Positions 13,694 to 27,488 are shown, counted from the first letter of the stretch. The stretch is 64,000 nucleotides of DNA from Octopus vulgaris (GCA_951406725.2 OX597816.1:18290001-18354000), one strand, 5' to 3'. Program-made: numbers and translations. Notes: generated by a model from the letters alone, not told the origin.

Positions 13694-14240
13694 CTTCTTC
13701 TCTTCTTCTTCTTCTCTTTCTTCTTCTTCTTCTTCTTCTTCTTCTCTTCTTCTTCTTCTTCTTCTTCTTCTTCTTCTCTTTCTTCTTCTTCTTCTTCTTC
13801 TTCTTCTTCTTCTTCTTCTTCTTCTTCTTCTTCTCTTCCTTCTTCTTCTTCTTCTTCTTCTTCTTCTTCTTTCTTCTTTTTCTTCTTCTTCGTCTTCTTC
13901 TTCTACTCTTTCTTCTTCTACTCTTTCTTCTTCTTCTCTTCTTCTTCTTCTTCTTCTTCTACTACTCTTTCTTCTTCTCTTCTTCTTCTTCTTCCTCTTC
14001 TTCTTTTTCTTCTTCTCCTACTCTTTCTTCTTCTTCTTCTTTTCCTCTTTCTTCTTCTTCTTTCTTCTTCGTCTTCTTCTTATTCTTCTTCTCCTTCTCC
14101 TTCTCCTTCTTCTTCTTCTTCTTCTTCTTCTTCTTCTTCTTTTCCTCTTTCTTCTTCTTCTTCTTCTTCTTCTTCGTCTTCTCCTTCTTCTTCTTCTTCT
14201 TCTTCTTCTTCGTCTTCTTCTTCTTCTTGTCTTCTCTTTC
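13694..14240. repeat. (CTT)n polypyrimidine microsatellite
   Basis: ~550 bp imperfect CTT run. Confidence 0.95.
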
Positions 14241-14353
14241 TCCTCTCAACCCTAGGCAACAGAGTAGGTGTCACTGATGAAGATTGTGGTCCTAATTTGC
14301 ACCCTTAATTATTTTAGGGACGTTTGTACACACACACACACACACACACACAC

Positions 14354-14409
<56 letters not shown>

Positions 14410-14410
<1 letters not shown>

Positions 14411-14864
14411 TAATTAATCAATATAGGGTGGCAAAAAATTTCGTAGAATTTATTTGCCACCAGCGGCCTAGTGGGAAAAAATTAAATAGTCATAGACCAT
14501 TTATAAGTTCAACATCACAATCAAGGAATGGCCATAATAGGCCATTCACCCACTAGAAATAACAGCCAAAGCTTCAACCGCAAAATAACATTAATTCCGC
14601 AAACCAGGAGAAAATTAAAAAAACATTTACCCTGTAATTTCTTATACGATGCACCGTTTCATCTATTGTTTAATGGTAAACTAACCTGATTAAATTAAAT
14701 CAAGTCAATCTTCCATAGGCCGATAGATTCGTCAGTAAGAAACAGCCAGATCCGAGCAGATATTATCACGAGGCACCTCTATCCCTGCCTCGGCAATATC
14801 TGACCTAAAATTTTCAAATCATCGCACTCGCGCCAAATTTATCGGCAGCAAATATAAGCCGCCG
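14410..14864 (-). mobile_element. Second copy of the ~450-bp hammerhead-bearing repeat
   Basis: Reverse complement of 6966-7425 with scattered substitutions; TA-flanked. Confidence 0.8.
14637..14743 (-). ncRNA. Type I hammerhead ribozyme
   Basis: Minus: GTTTCTTA-CTGACGA-ATCTAT..ATAGAT-GAAA-CGGTGCATCG-TA-TAAGAAAT. Confidence 0.85.
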
Positions 14865-14908
14865 ATTCCATTACGGAATTAACCACACATAATTACAGAT
14901 ATATATAT

Positions 14909-14961
<53 letters not shown>

Positions 14962-16335
14962 TTACCCTGTAATTTCTTATACGATGCACCGTTTCATCTA
15001 TTGGATTCATAGAATCTTCTGTAGGCTAAGAAACAGCCAGATCACAGTGCAATCTCCTCATCACAGGCTCCTCAGGACACAACTTCAAGACAACATTTTT
15101 GGTGCAACCAAAATGTTCTGGTGGTGACCAGATTAGTTAGTCATCTTTATCTGCATTGGTTTGTAAGTATACGACTGCACTGTATGGTGCATAGCATGCA
15201 TATAAGTGCAAGCATGTCGAATAATATTTGTTTACTTTTTCAGTCATCAGGCGTCTGTCATACTGGGGCACCGCCTTAAAGAATTTTCAAGCCTGATAAG
15301 TATCAGAATCTATCGGTCCTTTTGTCGAACCACTAAGTTTGAAATTATTATTACATGGTGAAGACTGCGAAACGGCTGACCAGCGGTTAAATAAATATAT
15401 TCACCTCTCATACCTCTTGACTTTTTATGGCACACACACACACACATACACACACACACACATTCACATGTTATGAGTATGAGGTGTAGACAACTGTTAT
15501 AACTACTAATTATCATGCTGATCGCTTTTATATGTTCATGTGTAATATATAATTTTACAACTGTCCCATACTGCATCTCTTTCGATTTCCATGTTAGACG
15601 GATTTGCCCGTGTTTTTTTTTGTGTTTTTTTTTCAATTTATTTTAATTGAACCATATTAAAAGATCAAATACTAAGGCCTGCTGTTTGATAATTTAGTTT
15701 GTTTATGGTAACTAAATTTCCTATGAATTATTTCTTTTAATTAATTTCAAATAAGTTATTAACTTCGAATTGATTATTATAGTCTCAAATTATAAGTTTT
15801 TGTTTGAGCTTTTTTTTGTGGTTAATTTTCGGCTCTATCATCATTTTAGACACGAGTTCAGCATTTTAATTAAAGTTGATGTAATGCCACAAAGCAGTTA
15901 TATGTCTTCTTAGAACATTGGAAACTTACGTAATATTTCCTATGTCAATTACAACACTAATCAGTGTTCGTAGTGGATGCAACTAAGCGAGAAACCTTAC
16001 TCGCTTAACTAGTAAAACCAATATCACTAAGTCTATGTCTGAACTTAGTGTACACTTACGAAACTTTGTACTTCATTTCTATCCTTCTGCTTTTCTCTCA
16101 CTCCATCCATCCTTGTTCGTCTTTGTTCTCTGTTATTTTATCTTCTCCTCGTTTCAGTCGTTCGAATCGGTCATGCGCCGCATTGAAGGGGTTAATGGAA
16201 AATCTCGACCCTACTACATATAACCATAAACTCTGGTGTTTATTCTAACGATCTATGTTGCCAAACGAAAACAATTAAACTAACACCGGTTGACATGCTG
16301 TGGTGGAGGAATAACACACACATATATGTGCATAC

Positions 16336-16635
16336 GTGGAGGCGCAATGGCCCAGTGGTTAGGGCAGCGGACTCGCGGTCGGAGGATCGCTCTTTCGATT
16401 CCCAGACCGGGCGTTGTGTGTATTTATTGAGCGTAAACACCTAAAAAAAATTCCACGAGGCTCTGGCAAGGGGTGGTGGTGACCCCTGTTGTACTCTTTC
16501 ACCACAACTTTCTCTCACTTTCTCTTCCTGTTTCTTGAGTAACGCTGCGATGGACTGGCGACTCGTCCAGCTGGGGGGAACACATACGCCACAGAAACCG
16601 AGAAACCGGGCCCATGAGCCTAGCTAGGCTTGAAA
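16336..16635 (+). mobile_element. tRNA-head SINE, family A (tail type 2)
   Basis: Head GTGGAGGCGCAATGGCCCAGTGGTTAGGGCAGCGG; tail GCTGCGATGGACTGGCG..GAAACCGGGCCCATGAGCC. Confidence 0.8.
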
Positions 16636-16859
16636 ATAGTGACGTTTATCGTTATATATGTATATATGACGGCCTTCCACATTTTTACTGCTTACAAAAT
16701 TCACTCGAAAGACAATAGTCATTGCGGTGCTATACTTGAAGTCACTCAAAACGTATCACGCTGTGACACTGGTCTCTAAACTATTCGGTTGCAAAGTGCG
16801 CTTCGTAACCACACAGCCAAGCATGCGTTTATCTATCTATGTAGTAATATACTCTTCTA

Positions 16860-17080
16860 TTCCTTTTACTTGTTTCAGTTATATAACTGCGGCCGTGCTG
16901 TAGCAACGCCTTTATTCAATGAAATCGACCCCAGGACTTATTCTTTGTAAGCCTAGTATTGATTCTATCGGTCTCTTTTGCCGAACCGCTAATGTTACAG
17001 GGACGTAAACATACCAGCATCGGTTGTCAAGCGATGTTAGGGGGACAGACACAGACACACAAACATACACACACACATAC

Positions 17081-17141
<61 letters not shown>

Positions 17142-17308
17142 TACGACGTGCTTCTTTCAGTTTCCATCTACCAAATCCACTCGCAAGGCTTTGGTCTGCC
17201 CGAGGCTATAGTTGAAGACACTTGCCCAGGGTGCCACGCAGTGGGACTGAACACGAAACCATGTAGTTCGTAAGCAAGCTACTTACCACATAGCCACTCC
17301 TACGCCAA
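16860..17308 (-). mobile_element. tRNA-head SINE, family B with internal TA/TG microsatellite
   Basis: Matches GGCGTAGGAGTGGCT..GGTAAGTAGCTTGCT..GTTCAGTCCCACTGCGTGGCACC..ACTGAAACAAGTAAAAG; many copies in window. Confidence 0.8.
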
Positions 17309-17888
17309 TGGGACTCACCACGCAGCCCCTCCTACGTCTATATATTTATCTTTCTAATTATATCTATTCTGCGTTTTATCTATTATTACAGTGCGTTGCA
17401 GGGTATATATTGTTTTGCAAGTTAGTGTCAACACAATTAATGCATTGAATTTAAACAGCGCGGAATATAGATCCACAGTGAATGAAGAGGATACAGGATG
17501 TTAGTAAATAATTTCCATTATATAATATATATATATATATATATATAAAATTAAGACATACTTCGTTTATATTTGGAGATCTTCAGCGAAGCATTTAATG
17601 CCCGTTTATAGATGCAAGTAACTGGATCCATATGTAAACTATTTTATTTTTTGTACTTTAAACAGACGGGAGTCGCGAGCCAGATTCATTCACAAATATT
17701 ATTCTGTCCAAGTAACTCACGAAGGTTTCAGTATTTTGGTGAAAGAAATTCAGTTTACTTGTAGTGCAAATGACCTCGGAAAATTCTGCTGCAAACCAGC
17801 CCGTATCATGTGACAAAAACTAATTTGGCTTACATACGTATCTGAATCTTTCTTTCTGTCTTTCTTTATCACTCTGTCATTCCTTTTC

Positions 17889-17948
<60 letters not shown>

Positions 17949-17953
17949 CCTAC

Positions 17954-17989
<36 letters not shown>

Positions 17990-18089
17990 AAGACAATTTG
18001 CCAACTTATTTCGTCCATGAATATATATATATATATGTACTAAGTAAGTGGGTAGGTAGATATATATATATATATATATAGATAGATAA

Positions 18090-18159
<70 letters not shown>

Positions 18160-18614
18160 TGGTAGATAAGGGCGTATAAATTTCCATATGTTCTTACCCA
18201 TTGAATTTAGTCATTGTCTGTGAATAATTCTTTGTATGCACAACCTACACTGCACAAATAATATATGTATTTGTATGTGGATTCATGTTCAATATAAACG
18301 CGAAAGAATATTACTTCCCAAATAAAATGAGAGTTATTATAAATCTTAGGAAGGAAATGCTTATTTGACAATATAATATTTTCTTATTCCACGTTTCTCT
18401 TTCTCACCCAGCGAATGCAAATATAGTAGAATAGAGACAGAGATATCTGTAAATGTTTATTCTTGCAAATATCTCCCACACACTCATGGGGGTATACACA
18501 TACCATATGTGTGTTTGCACTGCGTCTTTATCATGTGTATCCGCCTGTAACTACAAGAGTGTGTTCCTATATCAAGCTGTTCATAGAAAAGTACGTAGTT
18601 ACACTTTTTACTAT

Positions 18615-18975
18615 TTTACTGTTTTACTTGTTTCAGTCATTTGACTTCTGCGGTCATGCTAGAGCACCACCTTTATAAGACTAGCAAATTGACCCCAGAG
18701 AATCTATTTTGCCGAATCGCCAAGTTACGGGGACGTAAACACACCGCATCGGTTGTCAAGCGATGTTGGAGACACAAACATATACACTTACATACATACA
18801 TGCATATACATAAACATATATACGACTGGCTTCGTCTACCAAATCCACTCATAAAGCTTTGGTCGGTACGAGGCTGTAGTAGAAGACACTTGCGCAAGGC
18901 TCCGCGAATTGGAAATGAAACCGGAACCATGTAGTTGTAAAACATGCTACTTACCACACATTCACACCTGGGCCT
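18615..18975 (-). mobile_element. SINE family B, diverged
   Basis: Homologous to other family B copies. Confidence 0.7.
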
Positions 18976-19060
18976 ATTTACGAATTATGGAGATTAGCGT
19001 AATAAATATAACAGATTTCCTTTATCTCAATTTGAGTGTATTGATATATACATATTTTGT

Positions 19061-19448
19061 GTGGAGGCGCAATGGCCCAGTGGTTAGGGCAGCGGACTCG
19101 CGGTCGTAGGATCGCGGTTTCGATTCCCAGACCGGGCGTTGTGAGTGTTTATTGAGCGAAAACACCTAAAGTTCCACGAGGCTCCGGCAGGGGATGGTGG
19201 TGATCCCTGCTGTACTCTTTCACCACAACTTTCTCTCACTCTTACTTCCTGTTTCTGTTGTAGCTGTATTTCAAGGGGCCGGCCTTGTCACTCTCTGTGT
19301 CACGCTGAATATCCCCGAGAACTACGTTAAGGGTACACGTGTCTGTGGAGTGCTCAGCCACTTACACGTTAATTTTACGAGCAGGCTGTTCCGTTGATTC
19401 GGATCAACCGGAACCCCCGTCGTCGTAACCGACGGGGTGCTTCCATCC
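19061..19448 (+). mobile_element. tRNA-head SINE, family A (tail type 3)
   Basis: Full copy; TSD ATACATATTTTGT on both sides. Confidence 0.88.
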
Positions 19449-20001
19449 ATACATATTTTGTATATTTATCCCAAACTGTTATATTTAATTCGTTTACCTG
19501 CATAATTACCTCCATATTTGCTCACCTGGATTCCTCTTATAGACACTCATTACCCTGCGTAGAGACACGAGAGTCTAAGTTGGAATTATTGGAGCACTAC
19601 AAAGTGTTTTCTATACTGAGAGTCTATGGATCTTATCTACTGACTTTAGTTATTTACGTGTGTGCCCACGTGTGTATGGGTGAGTGTGCGTACGTGTTGG
19701 CCTTGTAACGACAAACGAGTTTTTATTTTATGACTCTCTGGAACTTTTCCCCTTTTCCCTTTCTCACGAAGATGCGTCTTCAAAACGTTGCACCCCGCCC
19801 TTTTTGCTCCCATTTTAAATCTACTCCGAGCGACAATGTCATTCACTCTATACGCACTTTTTTTTTTTTATTTACTGTCCTTTATTGTTAATTTTTCCTC
19901 TCTCTCTTCTCTCTCCTCCTATACATACGCACACACATACATAATACGTTTCATACATTCATACGTACATACATTCATACATATATATTTGTGCGTGCGT
20001 T

Positions 20002-20108
<107 letters not shown>

Positions 20109-20328
20109 CTGAAGTTGTCTGTGTATGGCAGATTTGGTAACCTTCAACTAACACTATCTCCTCCGAGACCCTGCGGCGCAAGGTGACCAAAATTGAGAGT
20201 ATGCTAGAAGACGGCTTGCTCTTCATTCCGAAGAACGTAAAATTCAAATCAAACCAAAAATTATTTACATAAAAAGGTGCTTTTTTTCCATATTTATGTA
20301 TATATATATATGTATATATAAATAATAT

Positions 20329-20597
20329 AAAATACAAAAATGGGACAAGAACGCAAAGCATCCAGACAGTTAGGTGAAACAAGAAAAAAGGAAAAAATAT
20401 CCAGTCAGACGATACAGGGAAAGCATGGACGGATCATTCGGAGCTGGCCAGATTGGAGCAATCTCGAGAGTAACCAGCCGAAATTGCAAAGATAATCTGG
20501 AACTCGACTGAGGATACAAAACTACGAATGATCCGTCCTTGTGTTTCTTGTATTGTCTGTCTGGATGTTTTGCGTTCTTGTCCTATTTTAGTATTTT
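20329..20597 (+). mobile_element. Fold-back mini-element enclosing a permuted hammerhead
   Basis: Inverted arms 20329-20370/20557-20597 and 20427-20440/20525-20538; TA-flanked. Confidence 0.7.
20443..20514 (+). ncRNA. Non-circularly permuted hammerhead-like ribozyme
   Basis: GCTGG/CCAGC(C)-GAAA, GCAAT/ATTGC, TCGAG/CTCGA-CTGAGGA, extra helix CCAGATT/AATCTGG. Confidence 0.7.
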
Positions 20598-20633
20598 ATA
20601 TATATAAAATATAGCGGCGTACGTACACTTTAG

Positions 20634-20695
<62 letters not shown>

Positions 20696-22089
20696 TATCG
20701 TTGCTGCAACGGAAAAGTATTGTAAGTCGACAACGTTGCTTTTTCAGAAGACGAAAAAATAGTTTCACCATTCCTTTACTTTTTACATTAGCAACAATTA
20801 AGCTTAATAATAATACTTTGTTGGGTGCATAAAATCGTAACTCCATGCATGTATGAAATTTTCTGTCGGAAATATTTTGTCGCAATACTGTCGTATGTGG
20901 GACTAACTACACTTTTGAAAAATATTAAATGGTTGTACAACAATTTGTCAACTTTTACCTGAAGCAGCTGGAGATACAATAGTTTGTTGTAACGGTTATT
21001 GCAAGCAAAATTAATAATTGAAAATAAAAAACACTATTTGCCTAATTTGGACATACGACGTTTAAACATAATCGCAACTATATATACATACACACATGCA
21101 TACATACACACACATACATACACACACACATATATATATACGAATAAGTCATTAGCAGCAATGAACATATATGTTTGTTTTGTTGGAAGGAAAAGTATTT
21201 TCCAGTGCATCACTAGACATCGCATCATTGCATTTATTGTGGTCATCTTTGAATTCGGAAGCGCATTGTACGCGAGAAAGCTTTGAACTCGAATGACAAT
21301 ATTGTTATTAGCACCACCATGTGCTCATGCCGGTGTCACTATATAAAGAAATATGTGAAATGGTTCTGCTGATGAATTCGCTAATGATATGAATTAGTCA
21401 TGGTTTCTTCTCTGAAATCATTCTGACACCATAGACTAGAATACCGTTTGTGTAACAATGTTTCTAACGACGCTACAGAATTTAACAAAATATCCCTTTG
21501 AAGTCTAATGTATTTTTGTCTTCAAGTACTGACATTTTATTGAGTGACATTAGTTGTAATTGATTCGTTTTGAATATTTACGCAGAAATGTATAACGTCT
21601 GGTGTATTGTTATACACGCGTGTATACAGTGTCTTGGCAAGGTGATATTCATATTATCTGACATTTGATCTGTCACAGAATTAGGTTCGTGTTTACATCA
21701 CGTTTACTTGTGTAGCGAAATCTACACTCGCTATTCACTGAGGCTATCTAGGGGTCATTGCTTAGCTCTATATCATAATTTATCGAGAACGATATTCCAG
21801 CAGTGATTACCATCCTATATATATAATTCAGTTTTTGTGCATGATTTCATTATCTAACATGTATAAAATAATCCTCTCACATGACTGAAATTTGGTGGGA
21901 GAGGTACAGTCGATGGAGCGAGGGGTGGGTACAGTCGATTAATAGGATGGGTGGAGTCGTACCCCGAATGAATGGATGGGAATTTTAAGTCAGTGGTATC
22001 TGAACACAGACGTAGCAGACAAAACAAACTCAGTGTTTTGTCCGGTGTGCAAACAATTCTTATCTTTTCATTGTCCACAGTAGGCTTTA

Positions 22090-22481
22090 TATAGAGGGGA
22101 CAAACAAGGACAGACAAAGGTATTAAGTCGATTACATCGATCCCAGTGCGTAAGTGGTACTTAATTTATGGACCCCGAAAGGATGAAAGGCAAAGTCGAC
22201 CTCGGCGGATTTGAACTCAGAACGGAGCGGCAGACGAAATACCTATTTTTATTTCTTTACTACCCACAAAGGGCTAAACACAGAGAGGACAAACAAGGAC
22301 AGACAGACGGATTAAGCCGATTATATCGACTCCAGTGCGTAACTGGTACTTATTTAGTCGACCCCGAAAGGATGAAAGGCAAAGTCAACCTCGGCGGAAT
22401 TTGAACTCAGAAGGTAACGGCAGACAAAATACCGCTAAGCATTTCGCCCGGCAACCTAACGATTCTGCCAGCTCGCCACTT
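22090..22481 (-). mobile_element. SINE family C, tandem dimer
   Basis: Two units of CGACCCCGAAAGGATGAAAGGCAAAGTC.ACCTCGGCGGA; head at the right end. Confidence 0.8.
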
Positions 22482-23262
22482 TAAATATGCCTAAGAAAAT
22501 ACGATGTCATGTGCTGGCGGTGAAACTGATACCTCTAGTAGCCCTACCGAGTATATACTGGCCCCTTCTTCCCCTTCTCTCTGTATCATAATCCTTCTCA
22601 TCATTATCGTCAGCACTAACAGCGACCCCATGGACAATGCTGTCTCTAGTCCCAGTACTCATTGGGTTGGTTACCCTTTTTCCATGGCGTATAAGTAACC
22701 GAGATCACAACAGTTTCTCCAAACCTGGAAGCCAATACGTCTCAAGAGCAGATCAATCATCGACAGCTACGTGGACTGGAGCTAAGTGAAATTATATGTA
22801 TTTTCTCAAAAACACAAATCCCAGCTCGGTGTCGGTGGAATTGAAACCACGATCTTGTAATCGCCATTGCAACACCCAAACCATTTGACCCACGTGACGT
22901 CATCCGCCTTTATTTCTATGCTACGTTGGATATCGTGGTCAAAATATGTCAGTGTGATCGGATAAATATGCATATGATGTTTGCATGAGAAAGCATTATT
23001 CCGTGAAATGATTAAAACTATTCATCTCCATACAACATGAATTGTTTCCTCTTCTGTAACCGATGTAAGATACCTACTATTCAGTGGTAAGCTCAATATT
23101 TACATTGAATTTCTTAAGTGACACTTGTATGGTACTATCTTGAATTTTCCATTGTAGCAGTCTTAGAATTCAACCTGGAATGATATTGTCCTCTTTCCTT
23201 TAAGCTTGCAATACAAAAGTGGTTGAAGGAAAATCTTTCTAAGATATATATATATATATATA

Positions 23263-23853
23263 TGTAACGAACTTAGTGTGATGTGAATATCTTGTCTTGT
23301 ACTTTCGGGATACAAGAAAGCAATCACTCACTAGCCGTTGCTTTAATAATCCAGAATTCTACCAGTCAGAAACAACAAGACGCAGACGTAAAATATATAT
23401 ATACTACTTTATTCTCTTTCTTGGTAACAATAACAATAAGTGTGTTATCTGATGTCCTTGGTTCGGGGCGCGCAAGGCTGAAAGTTAATCGATTGTAATA
23501 TTTACAATATTCAGCCGCAAAAACAGAACGGGTTCAAGTTGGCGTCGAACAATGGAGACGATGTTGGTCTGCAACAATTTGGTTAAAGGCCTTTTGGTAA
23601 GGACTGCTAGAAGCTAGTTCGAACGGAGAGAAAATATGCGTGACCGTCGCGTTCAATCGCTGCCGTCCCAAGTCCCCGCTGCTGCTGCCATCGGTCAAAT
23701 GTTCTACGACCCCCTGCCTTCGCCAGGGTCGTGCTTCCGGTGGTTCGCGCATGCGCGAGAGGGCCCTTCCTTTCCCTGCCTTGGTAAAGGCACCAACACG
23801 CGCGAAATACAAATGGACGGTGCGCGAGCGCGCCGCTATATAGCGTCACTACA
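23263..23853 (-). repeat. 3' LTR
   Basis: TGTAACG...CACTACA; about 10 mismatches to 25404-25994 by eye. Confidence 0.92.
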
Positions 23854-23866
23854 AGGCTCCCCTCCA
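23854..23866 (-). other. Polypurine tract
   Basis: Minus TGGAGGGGAGCCT directly before the 3' LTR. Confidence 0.7.
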
Positions 23867-25384
23867 GTGGGTAGCACGACACAAAATCCTTTGTAGTGAC
23901 TTTAAAACTCAAGGTGGACACCAGATAACCAAATAGCACACAATAATATAATGGCAAAATTTATAACATACACAAGAAATTTACTAAAGGAAAAAGAGAA
24001 AAAATACTCAATGAGCAAAAATCAAGAGTGCATGCATGAAAGTGTATACGTCACAAAGTATAGAACCTTCCGCTGAAGGGAGCGGAAGAAAAGGCAGAAC
24101 TCACAGTTATTGAACCTAGGCGAAATTAAAATCCAACTTCTCCAAAGGTGGTTGATCCTGCAAAATAGCAGTTAAATCAATTGCTGCAGGAGAGGAAATG
24201 GAATTGGCAGAAGCTCGCTAGTAACACAAAAGGCAAAAGTGCAAACATGCTGGTGTGATGCGCGACACAGATAATTTTCTGTTATTTACGTGACCAACAG
24301 TGGTCTAACAGGGAAAATAATTACGCCTAACCATGGCGCAGCGCATGTGAACATCCGACGTCCTATGAGTCGGGAAAAGAATTAAGCTAGCGCAAACGTG
24401 TTGCAAAAAACAAGGCAATACACGTGCGAAGCAAGGCGCATGAAATGCAAGAGTGCTTGCCAGACCGAAAAAACAGCAAGAATATGCCAGTGGTTGAGCG
24501 ATTATATGCCTCGTTCGTACAGGAACAAACGTATGACATGCTGGCGCGTCATAATGGACAAACAACCCTCTCTATGTATACGTGACCGCTAGGGTCTATA
24601 GAAATGAGGGGTGTCCACAAAAGGCAAATTTAGCATGGAACAAAACAAGCGAGAAAAGCATGTGTGACGTATGTATGTGAGAGAGAGCATTTATGTGTGT
24701 GCACGTGTGTGCGACAGAAATACATACAAGGTGAATGCGAGCAAAATACAAAAAATACAGCGCATAGAAAAAAAAATGTCTCTCAAGGCTATTTCAGACA
24801 ATGGAGTTAGTTTACCAGTCTATAATAGCCTGAAGCACAATAGCAGTTCGTTCTGTAACAGAAATGTTGAAATCACAAAATGCAGATGCCGGTTGAACAC
24901 ATATCGTGTAACGGTTGTGGCTTCGATGCTGTGACAGGTTAACTAGAACAGAAGAATCTCGTAGATAGACGGTGCTGTTTATCCTTGGTGTGCATATGCA
25001 CAAAACAGCGTGCACGCTAAAGTTCCGCGAGTTGCTATGTACATCTTGTGGAGGTCGACGGTGTTGAAAGGCGACGGTGGTGGTGGAAGGCGACTGTAGT
25101 GGACTTGAGACAACATCGTTCTTAGTGATGATGGCGATGAAGATAACGACGACGTGAAGTAAAAAGACGACGATAGCGATGACGAAGGTGGAGAAAAGGC
25201 ATCGAATATATGATGGCGTCCGTCATCATGGCTGTAGAATTAGAAAGAGGCTCCTTCTACAACTGTTTGTGGTGGCCGGAAACAAATCGTCGAAAGATGA
25301 ATGCGTAGAGTTAAATCGTGTTCCGACTTCGCAGAAAAACTGGATTTTTTTTTGTTGATAAGTGATCTCTGGTTTTAGACCAGA

Positions 25385-25402
25385 ATCACGTCGGGGTCAC
25401 CA
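25385..25402 (-). other. Primer binding site complementary to the tRNA-Trp 3' end
   Basis: Minus TGGTGACCCCGACGTGAT, 1 nt from the 5' LTR. Confidence 0.9.
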
Positions 25403-25403
25403 G

Positions 25404-25994
25404 TGTAACGAATTTAGTGTGATGTGAATATCTTGTCTTGTACTTTCGGGGTACAAGAAAGCAATCACTCACTAGCCGTTGCTTTAATAATCCAGAATTC
25501 TACCAGTCAGAAACAACAAGACGCAGACGTAAAATATATATATACTACTTTATTCTCTTTCTTGGTAACAATAACAATAAGTGTGTTATCTGATGTCCTT
25601 GGTTCGGGGCGCGCAAGGCTGAAAGTTAATCGATTGTAATATTTACAATATTCAGCCGCAAAAACAGAACGGGTTCAAGATGGCGTCGAACAATGGAGAC
25701 GATGTTGGTCTGCAACAATTTGGTTAAAGGCCTTTTGGTAAGGATTGCTAGAAGCTAGTTCGAACGGAGAGAAAATATGCGTGACCGTCGCGTTCAATCG
25801 CTGCCGTCCCAAGTCCCCGCTGCTGCTGCCAGCGGTCAAACGTTCTACGACCCCCTGCCTTGGCCAGGGTCGTGCTTCCGGTGTTTCGCGCATGCGCGAG
25901 AGGGCCCTTCCTTTCCCTGATTTGGTAAAGGCACCAACACGCGCGAAATACAAATGGACGGTGCGCGAGCGCGCCGCTATATAGCGTCACTACA
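25404..25994 (-). repeat. 5' LTR
   Basis: Direct repeat of 23263-23853. Confidence 0.92.
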
Positions 25995-26143
25995 TATATA
26001 TAGGAGAGGAAAAATTATAATAAGGCAGAATGCTAAATTTAATAAAAATGGGTGTATGAAAGATTAAAAAAGAAAATATAATAAATCAAACCAGTTTTCA
26101 TTGCAAGGCAAATTTTCACAACGCCACTATTTACTGACTTTTA

Positions 26144-26222
<79 letters not shown>

Positions 26223-26350
26223 ATATATATATATATACTTATACTTACATATATATATATGTATATAAAGATATATATATATTCTTATACATATATATAT
26301 ATATATACTTATACATATATGTATGTATATATATACACACACACATATAT

Positions 26351-26385
<35 letters not shown>

Positions 26386-26749
26386 CTAATTATCAGCATT
26401 TTTGCGTATAAGCTACTACATGTCAAATCAATTATGATTTTATTAATGTCTTGGTTACACGTATTATATGCTACGTGATCTTCCATTAACGAAACGTTAA
26501 TTAACTTTAATACGCAAAAATTTAAAACATGGTTTCCTAGTTATTTCTGTTCTACAGCAAAACCTCCCAATTTTGTTATTTGTAAGAATTTGCTGTATAA
26601 AGATTATATCGACTTCGGTTTTGTTATATTCATCATATTGCCTATTATGTGCAATGACGTGACAGAAATTTTTAATATAATAAGTATGTCACAATTTATT
26701 AATGAAGTTGTTGCCTTCATCTAGACATATTTCCAATAATACATGATTA

Positions 26750-27290
26750 TCTATTTTATAGAATCCGTTCTGTCTGTGTGTGTGTGTGTTTTCTAGGGTC
26801 TCGGGCATCCTCCATCCGATTGTGCTCATATTTGATATGTAGATATCGACGGTATCAGGGCGTTTATAAGTCTTGGAGAAATTACAAAAATCGATTCCAA
26901 GTGAGAATGCGATCGATAAAGCCGTGGGAACGTGCATTTATACGCGCAAGTACATCAGCTGGTGCGATCGATACTACGCGTACGTGATAAAAATGCACGT
27001 GCAGTTTGCACAAAAAAGCCGGCTGGCTTGAAATAGTGCCACAAATTGCAGTATATTTAAGAGACCAAAAACGTAAGATGAAAAAGAGATATTTTCTTCA
27101 AAATTGGCATGAAGGAAAAAAGAAACTATTTGGTTTCAGAAGAGTTTTTTTTGCCTTAACTTCGTTTAACAAAACCAAATTTTTTTATTGAAATGAAGGC
27201 ATGCTTACTTATTTTTTAATGAAAAGAAAACACTGATTGCTTTTTATTCAACAGATATGATTCAGCACCGTCCATTGGACGGAGGTCGTT
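26750..27290 (+). mobile_element. Possible non-autonomous Helitron/DINE-like element
   Basis: 5' CTGT/GTGT microsatellite and 3' hairpin CCGTCC-ATT-GGACGG (~27268-27282). Confidence 0.35.
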
Positions 27291-27488
27291 TTGCTTGTCA
27301 TTAATAATAACCTAGCTACATTATAAAATCCTGGAAAAAACTCTTTACATTAGAGATTCGATCCCCTGTATCATAACATTGGTTTCTACCACGAAAGGTC
27401 AATGACAGAAATTTCTGTAATAAATATATTTTTTTACGGCATGTTCACAGTGCAGGTATAAAACAATCTTCGTAATTTAAGCGCTGAC

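Larger units (their letters stand above)
23263..25994 (-). mobile_element. Non-autonomous LTR retroelement (LARD/TRIM-like)
   Basis: Two 591-bp TG..CA LTRs, tRNA-Trp PBS, PPT, 1.55-kb internal region without recognisable gag/pol; inserted in (TA)n. Confidence 0.92.

Noticed and set aside
19061-19135. tRNA gene
   Set aside because: tRNA-like head of a multi-copy SINE with TSDs
21365-21420. CTGATGA followed by a hairpin
   Set aside because: No GAAA after the stem
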